Source of the DNA: an uncultured Candidatus Saccharibacteria bacterium
Lineage (GTDB): Bacteria > Patescibacteriota > Minisyncoccia > Phycocordibacterales > DATDWN01
Assembly: GCA_964391455.1 (NCBI GenBank)
Contig: CAYMJQ010000003.1
Location: 12,435-76,434, forward strand
Length of the DNA: 64,000 nucleotides
Reading direction: 5' to 3'
The notes below the pieces were generated by a model. That model saw only the letters and a program-made list of their open reading frames with translations. It ran no database searches and was not told the DNA's origin. Position 1 is the first letter of the stretch. Every line of letters starts with the position of its first letter. Of the stretch, positions 26,024 through 36,723 are shown in pieces. The position numbers were made by a program, and so were the translations under genes.

Positions 26024-26329
26024 CTACCTTCTCTCAGCGAGAGAAAGTGGATTGGCAATCCTTTCTCCAGGAAGGATCGTCTCAGGGTGAATCTTTTCGA
26101 CAAGCTCCAGCATAACGCCGACGGTAGCAGTGCCGAGCTCTGGCTCACAGGAAAGAGCGAGGTCTTTCAGAACTTGCTTTTCCAGACGACCAGCATGACC
26201 AGTCGTGACCTCGATGATGTCTTGTTTCGACATTCCAGTTCTTTCTCCGAGAAGAGTCTTGGAACCGACTCTCACTGCCGCTCGGTGAACAAGAACACCG
26301 AACTCTGCAGAAGCAAACCTATTTGTCAT
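26024..26329 (-). CDS. hypothetical GC-rich 101-aa protein with probable HTH (sigma-70 region-4-like) segment
   Basis: Starts MTNRFASAEF... with GGGAGG 4 nt upstream. The HTH-like segment is LGERTGMSKQDIIEVTTGHAGRLEKQ. It lies directly after the atpC terminator and is GC-richer than its neighbours. Confidence 0.5.
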   Translation of the reverse strand: MTNRFASAEFGVLVHRAAVRVGSKTLLGERTGMSKQDIIEVTTGHAGRLEKQVLKDLALSCEPELGTATVGVMLELVEKIHPETILPGERIANPLSLAERR

Positions 26330-26408
26330 CTTGCCTCCCAAAAGGAACAAAAACCCCGACCATCGGGGCTATTAATAATTAAACCTAATCCAAGTGTATT
26401 TTGCAATA

Positions 26409-26860
26409 TTAATTTTTCCACTTATTAAACACTTCAATTCTATTTAACTCTTTATCCATCATGGATTTAAATTTCGCAAAATCAACATCAGATTCAAACT
26501 CTTTCGATTCTATGACTTTCAAGACTTTTTGGTAAGATAATTTAGCTCTTTCTATATCTATTTCATAAGCAAATTCTGCTCTATATGCAAGTATAATTAT
26601 TTCAGTATCAATATCTTTTTTATTAAAACTCTCTCTTACTTCAATTATTCCAGAAGATATTGCAATGGGTAAAATGCTTTTGTCCAACCTAGTTATTTTT
26701 ATTTCTCCAGTAACCGCTATAGTAACTAAGGGTTGATGATTAGGTAAAACTGTAATATGACCGACCTCAGTAGGTATAACAATACTTAAAACACTATCTT
26801 GATAAATAGTCTTTTCTGGAGTAATTATTTTAAGATTTATAATATTGGAACCTTTCTGCA

Positions 26861-26861
<1 letters not shown>
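26409..26861 (-). CDS. atpC: ATP synthase epsilon subunit
   Basis: Last position in the operon; 150 aa. Confidence 0.8.
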
Positions 26862-29161
<2,300 letters not shown>

Positions 29162-29187
<26 letters not shown>

Positions 29188-30649
29188 GTTTTATCAAAAT
29201 TTCCTTTTTCAAATCATCACTCCAACCCTTTTCTATTTTTTCCAACAAATCAGGACTGCTTGTTTTAAATAGATTATGTAATTTTTCTTCTGATTCTTTT
29301 ATATTTGAAATAGAAATGTTATCAAAAAAACCATTATTAACCGCAAATATAGACAAAACTTGAAGTGCAACCGGAAGAGGACTCCATAGATTTTGTTTCA
29401 AAACTTCTATAGTCTTTCTACCTCTTTCTAAAATTTGTTTTGTGTTTAAATCAAGATCAGAATCAAATTGGGAAAAACTTTCTAGTTCTCTGTATTGAGC
29501 TAAAGACAATTTCATTGGACCAGCATTTTTTTTCATTGAAGATATTTGAGCAGCACCACCAACTCTAGAAACAGAAAGTCCAACATTTATCGCCGGCCTT
29601 ATTCCCTTATTAAAAAGAGAAGATTCCAAAAATATTTGTCCGTCGGTTATAGAGATAACATTAGTCGGTATATAAGCAGAAATATCACCTCCTTGAGTCT
29701 CAATAATAGGTAATGCTGTTATGGAGCCACCACCAGATTCTTCGTTTCTCCTACAAGCTCTTTCTAATAATCTAGAATGAAGATAAAATACATCTCCAGG
29801 ATAAGCTTCTCTTCCAGGTGGTCTTCTTAAAAGAAGAGATATCTCTCTATAAGCATTTGCATGTTTAGATAAATCATCATACACAACAAGAACATCTTTT
29901 CCTTGTTCCATAAAATACTCAGCAATAGCAACCCCAGAATAAGGAGCTAAGTATAAAAGAGATGGACTATCTGAAGCTCCAGAAAAAACAACTGTAGTAT
30001 ATTCCATTGCCCCCCTTTTGGTAAGTTCTTGCACAACTCGCATCACTTTTGATTTTTTCTGACCAATTGCTACATAAACACAAATGACGCCTTGTCCTTT
30101 TTGATTGATAATTGTATCAATAGCAAGAGAGGTTTTTCCTGTTTGTCTATCTCCTATAATAAGCTCTCTTTGTCCACGACCTATCGGGACCAGACAATCA
30201 ATTACTTTAATACCAGTCTGAAGTGGGACATCTACTGATTTCCTATCCATAACACCAGAAGCAACTCTTTCAACTAACATGTCTTTTTTAGGTTTAATTT
30301 TGGAACCACCATCAATAGGAGTAACTAATGGATCCACAACTCGACCCAACAGTTCATCAGAAACCGGAATAGACAAGACTTTACCAGTTCTTATCGCCAC
30401 GTCACCTTCTTTCACTTTGTTATAATTCCCCAGTATAACAACCCCCACAGAATCTTCTTCTAAATTTAAAGCCAAACCAAAAGAATCACCTATTTTAATC
30501 ATCTCTGATGACATGCACCCAGATAACCCAGAAACTTTTGCGATACCATCATTTATAGATATAACACTCCCTGATTCAACAACAAGAACTTTGTGATCAA
30601 AAGCTTTTATTGAATCTTCTAATTGTTTTATTATTTCTTCTACAGACAT
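29162..30649 (-). CDS. atpA: ATP synthase alpha subunit
   Basis: Carries the GDRQTGKTS motif; 495 aa. Confidence 0.95.
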
Positions 30650-30650
30650 T

Positions 30651-31034
30651 TTAATTATTAATTAATGATTCTTTTAATTTATCTAATTTATTTCTAATAC
30701 TGAAGTCATATATATAACCCTTGTGACCGACAACACCACCACCGAGTAAATTACTATCTACAATATTTAATACTTTTTTATCTTTTGGAGAACCAACAAT
30801 GTTTTTTAGTTTATTTTCTTCATTTTCACTCAATTTAAAAGCAGATGATATGTTTATGTCATTTGCCTTGTTATCTTTCTCTAAAATATTTTTCAAATGA
30901 GACACAATTTTAGGAAGATTTTTTTCAAGATGTCTTTTTTTTATATAATCCAAAAATGAAGATACTACTTTATCACCTTCTTCTTTCTTCCCTAATATAT
31001 AAAGTGATTTTGCTAAAATAAGTGGGTTTTTCAT
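30651..31034 (-). CDS. atpH: ATP synthase delta subunit (short form)
   Basis: Located between atpF and atpA; 127 aa. Confidence 0.55.
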   Translation of the reverse strand: MKNPLILAKSLYILGKKEEGDKVVSSFLDYIKKRHLEKNLPKIVSHLKNILEKDNKANDINISSAFKLSENEENKLKNIVGSPKDKKVLNIVDSNLLGGGVVGHKGYIYDFSIRNKLDKLKESLINN

Positions 31035-31035
31035 T

Positions 31036-31518
31036 TTACAATTTTTCTATATATCTTTTATCTACTTCAATAGTAATTTTTTCTCCAAGTATTTTTTCAA
31101 CACCTAAAGCTATCATATTAGCAGATTTCTCTTTAAACTTATTCTCCATTTCTTGTCTCTTTTTCTCTACTTCTTTGTAACCACTATCCAATATTTCTTT
31201 TTTCAAAGATTCAGCATCTTCTTTTACTTTTGATAACAGATTTTCTGCTTTTTTATTAGCTTCTCTTACTATTTCATCAGCTTTTACTCTAGCTTCTCTT
31301 AAGGTGGTATTTTTTAGCTCTTCAGCCATAATTCTATCTGTTTCGGCTAATCTAGCATTTTCCAAACCCTTTTCAATTGTTTTCTGTCTATTTGATATCG
31401 TTTCTTTTATTGGACCAAAAGCAAATTTCCTTAAAATAAATAGAATAATTATAAAATTAACAAGGTTCGCTAATGCAACCTGCCAATCAAAACCAATTTT
31501 TGCCAAAATAGAAAGCAT
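31036..31518 (-). CDS. atpF: ATP synthase subunit b
   Basis: An N-terminal TM segment followed by a long charged helix. Confidence 0.7.
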   Translation of the reverse strand: MLSILAKIGFDWQVALANLVNFIIILFILRKFAFGPIKETISNRQKTIEKGLENARLAETDRIMAEELKNTTLREARVKADEIVREANKKAENLLSKVKEDAESLKKEILDSGYKEVEKKRQEMENKFKEKSANMIALGVEKILGEKITIEVDKRYIEKL

Positions 31519-31535
31519 TGGAATTTAAAAAATTA

Positions 31536-31757
31536 TTATAGTAAGAAAAATGCTACGAAAGCGTATATAGCAGTTGATTCTGCCAAAGCTACACCGATAA
31601 TCATTTTTGGAAATATTGCATCACTTGCATCTGGGTTTCTTCCAATTGCTTCAAGTGCTTTTCCAATAAGATAACCTTCCCCGATAGCAGAACCGGCCAT
31701 CGCAAATGTCATCGTCATAGCTTTTGCTATTAATCTTGCTGATTCTATATTTTCCAT
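31536..31757 (-). CDS. atpE: ATP synthase subunit c
   Basis: A 73-aa proteolipid hairpin. Confidence 0.85.
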   Translation of the reverse strand: MENIESARLIAKAMTMTFAMAGSAIGEGYLIGKALEAIGRNPDASDAIFPKMIIGVALAESTAIYAFVAFFLL

Positions 31758-31835
31758 ATTTTTATTTTTAATCTAATAATTTGACATAAAAATCTGTCAT
31801 CTAAACTCTATTGTTAAAGTCCAGATTGCAAATTT

Positions 31836-32630
31836 TTAAGGAATACTATTCTCAACCTTTTCTTTGTTTATTGAAAGAATGTAATAAGAAGCAATCAAAG
31901 AACCGAAAACTACTGATTGCACCACTCCAGAAACCAAAGACATAAATGACCAAGTTATAGGAAGTACAAAAGCAAAAGCACCTAATATAAGAGTTGCCAA
32001 AACATCTCCAGCATACATATTTCCAAAAAGACGAAGTGACAGAGAAACAACTTTTGCTAATTCACCAACAATATCTAGTAACCCAACAAAAAAATTTATT
32101 ATTGCGATAAATCCATCCCCTACAGATTTCCTAAATCCATAAAACAACTCTTTGAATTGAAAGAATTTCCCTAAATAACCCAAAACCCCTAAATCTTTTA
32201 TAGAAATAAATTGCAAAAATATTACAGCACCAAGAGCTAATCCGAAGGTCGTATTAAAATCAGAAGTGGGACCTCTAAATATAGAATATCCATCGTATGT
32301 TATAGAGGTAAGACCTGGTATCAAACCGATTAAATTAGCTACAGCTATATAAACAAAAACTGAACCTATAACAGGTAAAATCTTTTCAGCTATTTTTATA
32401 CTGCCTGTTATTTGAGAAATTAAAGAAAGTATTGACTCATATATAATTTCAGATAACGACTGAAAATTGCCTGGCTTTAGTTTATGTTTTCTATAAGTCG
32501 CAACCCCGATAATTAGAAATACTAGTGTTATAAAAATAGAAAGAAGTGTTGTATTAACAATATGAAAAAAACCAAGATCTATAATTGTATCTGGGTGAAT
32601 ACTATTTATATCTCGTGTTAACCTAAACAT
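31836..32630 (-). CDS. atpB: ATP synthase subunit a
   Basis: 264 aa, polytopic, with the conserved Arg in LRLFGNMYAG. Confidence 0.85.
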   Translation of the reverse strand: MFRLTRDINSIHPDTIIDLGFFHIVNTTLLSIFITLVFLIIGVATYRKHKLKPGNFQSLSEIIYESILSLISQITGSIKIAEKILPVIGSVFVYIAVANLIGLIPGLTSITYDGYSIFRGPTSDFNTTFGLALGAVIFLQFISIKDLGVLGYLGKFFQFKELFYGFRKSVGDGFIAIINFFVGLLDIVGELAKVVSLSLRLFGNMYAGDVLATLILGAFAFVLPITWSFMSLVSGVVQSVVFGSLIASYYILSINKEKVENSIP

Positions 32631-32633
32631 AAA

Positions 32634-32939
32634 TTATTTTTTCTCTGTTAATCTTGCTTGTTTTATTTTCTCATTCAAATCCTTAAGAATCTTGGTCTTT
32701 CTTTTATATTCAATAGCAACAATAATCCAAGATAAGATAAATGCCAAAAATAGCATTACAAAATGAGCACTATTAACCCCATAAAATTCATTTATTTTGT
32801 TGCCTACAAAAATAGCTATGACTGCCGGGATACCAAATATAAATGCTGTATATAGTGCTAACCAAAAAAAGTTAGTAACAATTTGATCTCGCTTTTTTTC
32901 TAATTCACTTAAATTCATATTTTGGCAATATTTTTGCAC
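32634..32939 (-). CDS. small membrane protein at head of atp operon (AtpI/AtpZ-like)
   Basis: 101 aa with two TM segments, placed upstream of atpB. Confidence 0.4.
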   Translation of the reverse strand: MQKYCQNMNLSELEKKRDQIVTNFFWLALYTAFIFGIPAVIAIFVGNKINEFYGVNSAHFVMLFLAFILSWIIVAIEYKRKTKILKDLNEKIKQARLTEKK

Positions 32940-32995
32940 ACAAAAAACAGAAGGTTAATATTATACACGAAATAGAGTTAAAAAGGAAGGTGGGG

Positions 32996-33751
32996 TTATT
33001 TTATTTTGAAATCGCCAACACTTATCCTTTTTATGTGAAAAGTTAGAGCTAAAGCATCTGATTCAGTGGCGATATCTTTAATATACTGCCTTACATAAAA
33101 CCCAGAAGAAACACTTAAATTTATCCTATCTAAAACAAATTCTTCTTTTTCTAATTCAAAAATACTTTTTCTCCAGCTATTCAATATTTCATTTTGTCTA
33201 AAATCTCCAGAAACCAAATTTACCCTATTTTCTATTTCTTTTAACAGAGAATTTTTTGTCAAAAGCTCTCGTTTCAAAAAAGAAGCCTCGTGTATAGATA
33301 CTTCGTGGACCGGTATATCTATCTCGTCAATCCTATCTTCCCTTGCCCAAACAAAAAGCGGTTTACCTTTTACCGGTTTTGACGAAAAATTTGGATATCT
33401 CTGATTTAATTTTCCAATATTATTTTTTAAAAGATGGGAGACTTCTTCGATTGAAGGAATTTTGTCTTTAAAGGCCGAGACTACTCCTAATATATCCAGC
33501 GAATCTGTCTCAAACCCCCATAAAACACTGACCTCATACACCTTTGGTAAATTTTGAAATTCTTCTTTTTTATATAAATTATCACCAGACAAAACCAGAA
33601 GCAGACCTTCAGCCATTGGATCCAATCTACCCGCGTAGGTCATGCTTAAATCTTTCAAATCTGGATTTTCATTTTTAAATCTCAAAATACATTCTTTTGG
33701 AGTCTCCCCTAGTTTTTTGTATAAAATATGAATATCACTATTTTTTTTCAT
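32996..33751 (-). CDS. truB: tRNA pseudouridine synthase (TruB-like)
   Basis: Carries the AGRLDPMAEGLLLV catalytic-Asp motif. Confidence 0.7.
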   Translation of the reverse strand: MKKNSDIHILYKKLGETPKECILRFKNENPDLKDLSMTYAGRLDPMAEGLLLVLSGDNLYKKEEFQNLPKVYEVSVLWGFETDSLDILGVVSAFKDKIPSIEEVSHLLKNNIGKLNQRYPNFSSKPVKGKPLFVWAREDRIDEIDIPVHEVSIHEASFLKRELLTKNSLLKEIENRVNLVSGDFRQNEILNSWRKSIFELEKEEFVLDRINLSVSSGFYVRQYIKDIATESDALALTFHIKRISVGDFKIK

Positions 33752-33798
33752 GTATTTTTGTGATACACTATAACATAATTAATAAACTCTATAAAAAA

Positions 33799-35064
33799 AT
33801 GAAAATAAGTACCGAAAGTTATAAAGGTGTAAGAGACTTCTATCCAGAAGATTTTTTTATACAAAATTATATATTTGAAAATTGGAAAAAAACAGCAGAA
33901 AGTTTTGGCTACCTACAATATGACGCTTCAATATTAGAACCAGCAGAATTATACAAAGCCAAATCCGGAGAAGAAATTATAAACGAACAAACTTATACTT
34001 TCTTTGATCGTGGAGAAAGAGAAGTTACCTTAAGACCAGAAATGACGCCTACAGTAGCTCGCATGGTAGCAGCTAAAGAAAAAGAACTTTCTCTACCAAT
34101 AAGATGGTTTTCAATACCGAACCTTTTTAGATACGAAAAACCTCAAAGAGGTAGACTCCGTGAACACTGGCAATTAAATGTAGATTTATTTGGAATAAAA
34201 TCTAATCTTGGAGATATAGAAATAATAAATATTGCCTATAGAATAATGAAAAATTTTGGAGCTAAAGATGAAGATTTTATAATAAGAATAAATGATAGAA
34301 GGTTAATGAAAATGCTCTATCAAAAATTTGAAATAGATGAAGAAAACTCATATAAAATATCAAAAATAATTGATAAAAAGGATAAAATATCAGAATTAAA
34401 TTTTAAAGAAAGTATTAGTTTGATAATCAAAGAAAAAAGCGAAAAATTTATTGAACTGCTGAATTCTCATGAAAAACTTTTGGATTTCCTAGGTGAAAAC
34501 GAAATAACCAAAGAACTGATAGGAACAATTGACGAACTGCTTTCTTTGGGAGTAAAAAATATCTACTTTGACCCAACTCTTATGCGTGGTTTTGACTACT
34601 ATACAGGCATAGTATTTGAAGTATTTGATACTGATCCAGAAAACAATCGTTCTGTTTTTGGAGGTGGAAGGTATGACGAACTTATGGATATTTTTGGTGC
34701 AAAGAAAATTCCATCTGTTGGTTTTGGAGCAGGAGATGTAACAACAAAAGACTTTTTAGAAAAGCATAACCTTATTCCTTCGTTTAAACCAAATACCCAT
34801 ATATATATATGCACAACAAAAAACGAATTCAAATATGAAGCTATAATAATTGCTCAAAAAATAAGAGAAATGGGTATAAACACGGCTGTAGATTTAACAG
34901 AGAAAAAAATTGGAGATCAGATTAAAAATGCTGATAAAAATAAAGTTCCATTTATAATTGTATTAGGTGATGATGAAATTAACTCTGCTATATACACACT
35001 AAAAAATCTATCTACTGGTGAAGAGAAAAAAGTAAAACTAGAAGAATTGGTTTCCCATATTTAG
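33799..35064 (+). CDS. hisS: histidyl-tRNA synthetase
   Basis: Starts MKISTESYKGVRDFYPED... with class II motifs and a C-terminal anticodon-binding domain. The track ORF begins earlier, antisense to truB. Confidence 0.85.
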   Translation: MKISTESYKGVRDFYPEDFFIQNYIFENWKKTAESFGYLQYDASILEPAELYKAKSGEEIINEQTYTFFDRGEREVTLRPEMTPTVARMVAAKEKELSLPIRWFSIPNLFRYEKPQRGRLREHWQLNVDLFGIKSNLGDIEIINIAYRIMKNFGAKDEDFIIRINDRRLMKMLYQKFEIDEENSYKISKIIDKKDKISELNFKESISLIIKEKSEKFIELLNSHEKLLDFLGENEITKELIGTIDELLSLGVKNIYFDPTLMRGFDYYTGIVFEVFDTDPENNRSVFGGGRYDELMDIFGAKKIPSVGFGAGDVTTKDFLEKHNLIPSFKPNTHIYICTTKNEFKYEAIIIAQKIREMGINTAVDLTEKKIGDQIKNADKNKVPFIIVLGDDEINSAIYTLKNLSTGEEKKVKLEELVSHI

Positions 35065-35106
35065 AATCTCTTATTTACAATACTTTTCTGGTACCAGAAT
35101 AATTTC

Positions 35107-35688
35107 CTAAAACAAAGACTGGGTTTTTACTTCCACCTGTGGCTCCCAATGTTTTGTATCTAATTTAATCTCCTTTGTAAAAGGTCCTTCTTTAAAAATT
35201 AGTTTTTTATTCTTCATTGCAAACTCATAAACATCCTTAGTGATTTTCACATCATCTATACAATACTTTCTTATTTTATCTATCTCTCCGCTCCGCCACC
35301 AAGCCACCGCCTCTAGCCCATTACCACTTTTGTTTATTCCAAAAGTTCCTTGTGCTATCTGATCCAATTTCATTCTTCTTCCGTAAGAATTCTTTACTTC
35401 TTTTAAGATATCTAATGAAGCTATTTGAGTTAAGTCACCTTGACCTGCTTTTTTATAATATTTATTCAAAAGTGGTATATCAAAATGTTCACCATTAAAA
35501 GTTATGAGCTGTTCTGCTTTTTTAAAAAAGGGCCACATTTTATCAAACTCTTCCTCTATAAAAGTCTCATACTTGTTTGTATCGTAGTCATACAAGCCCA
35601 CAAGAGAGATATCTAAATCTACCGGATCGTTTGAGCCAACATCCTGAAAAATATTTTTAGTCTCAATATCAAACACAATTTTTCTCAT
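35107..35688 (-). CDS. DEDD-family 3'-5' exonuclease (DnaQ/RNase-T-like)
   Basis: Carries VFDIETKNIF (Exo I) and YCIDDVKITKDVY (Exo III) motifs. The start is taken at MRKIVFDIE; the track's longer N-terminus is uncertain. Confidence 0.6.
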   Translation of the reverse strand: MRKIVFDIETKNIFQDVGSNDPVDLDISLVGLYDYDTNKYETFIEEEFDKMWPFFKKAEQLITFNGEHFDIPLLNKYYKKAGQGDLTQIASLDILKEVKNSYGRRMKLDQIAQGTFGINKSGNGLEAVAWWRSGEIDKIRKYCIDDVKITKDVYEFAMKNKKLIFKEGPFTKEIKLDTKHWEPQVEVKTQSLF

Positions 35689-35739
35689 AAGATTTAGTAT
35701 ACCAGCACAATAAAACTTAACAAAATTAAGCACAAAAAA

Positions 35740-35858
35740 ACTGGTGGGGAGGTTTGCAGTCCCTCCCTAACCAGTCTTGACGAGCCCCTGTGTACTCGTC
35801 GGCCGGCGGGTCTGCCGCCATTAAAGGGTCACGGTGTAGGTGTGACTCATAAAAGTCA
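35740..35858. other. GC-rich structured non-coding element with four hairpins and mutually exclusive gtcac/gtgac/gtcac pairings
   Basis: The hairpins are actggt...accagt (35740-35775), gacgag...ctcgtc (35779-35800), ggcgg...ccgcc (35805-35819) and gtcac...gtgac (35828-35846), with an alternative gtgac...gtcac pairing (35842-35858). The element sits in the divergent region between the exonuclease and the DsbA-like gene. Confidence 0.35.
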
Positions 35859-35993
35859 CCTTCCTTTCCCAAATCGTAAACCTAGGAAATCTAGGCTACT
35901 TCTCAATTATAACATATGTAAAAATAATAATCAACTAATACAAGGTCTGCTTGAAAATTGCATCTAAATCGATTCCCTAGTAGAATAGGCGTT

Positions 35994-36695
35994 ATGAATA
36001 TAGAAAAATTATCTGTGCCAATCGCAATAGTTATTGCTGGAGCTTTAATAGCCTTTGCTTTTTATTACTCAAACGTACAAAGTGCTAAAGAGACGGCTAG
36101 GGTTCAAACAGAATCACTAAAAAATGCCGATGGAGAAAAAATGAGACCTATAACTGATGAGGATCATATACTAGGAAATCCGAATGCAGAACTTATGTTT
36201 GTGGAGTACTCTGATACAGAATGTCCTTTCTGTAAACAATTTCATTCAACTCTAAAAAGAATGATGGATGAGTATGGTAAAGATGGAAAGGTTGCTTGGG
36301 TTTATAGACATTTCCCCATCGATCAACTCCACAAAAAAGCTCGTAAACAAGCCGAAGCTTCTGAATGTGCAGCAAATCTTGGTGGCAATGCTAAATTCTG
36401 GGAATATATAGACCAGGTATATGCTAGAACAAATTCCAACGATTCTCTTCCGGATTCAGAACTTCCAAGAATAGCTCAAGATATAGGTCTAAATGTTACC
36501 GCTTTCAATGAGTGTTTATCTAGTGGAAAATTTGCAGATAAAGTAGAACAAGATTATCAAAATGCAATAGCATCTGGTGGACGTGGAACTCCACACTCTA
36601 TAATAGTTGCGAGAGATGGAACAAAAGTACTAGTGCAAGGAGCTCAACCTTACGAGAATATAAAAACAATTATAGACGCAATGCTTTTCCAATAA
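35994..36695 (+). CDS. DsbA-like thiol:disulfide oxidoreductase (thioredoxin fold) with N-terminal TM anchor
   Basis: Carries the CPFC active site. Confidence 0.75.
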   Translation: MNIEKLSVPIAIVIAGALIAFAFYYSNVQSAKETARVQTESLKNADGEKMRPITDEDHILGNPNAELMFVEYSDTECPFCKQFHSTLKRMMDEYGKDGKVAWVYRHFPIDQLHKKARKQAEASECAANLGGNAKFWEYIDQVYARTNSNDSLPDSELPRIAQDIGLNVTAFNECLSSGKFADKVEQDYQNAIASGGRGTPHSIIVARDGTKVLVQGAQPYENIKTIIDAMLFQ

Positions 36696-36723
36696 AAGCT
36701 TCTAAAAAATATTTGGAATAAAA

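Noticed and set aside
33697-33798. N-terminal extension of the hisS track ORF (MESPLVFCIKYEYH...)
   Set aside because: It overlaps the truB-like gene start on the opposite strand. HisS homology begins at MKISTESYKGVRDFYPED (ATG at 33799).
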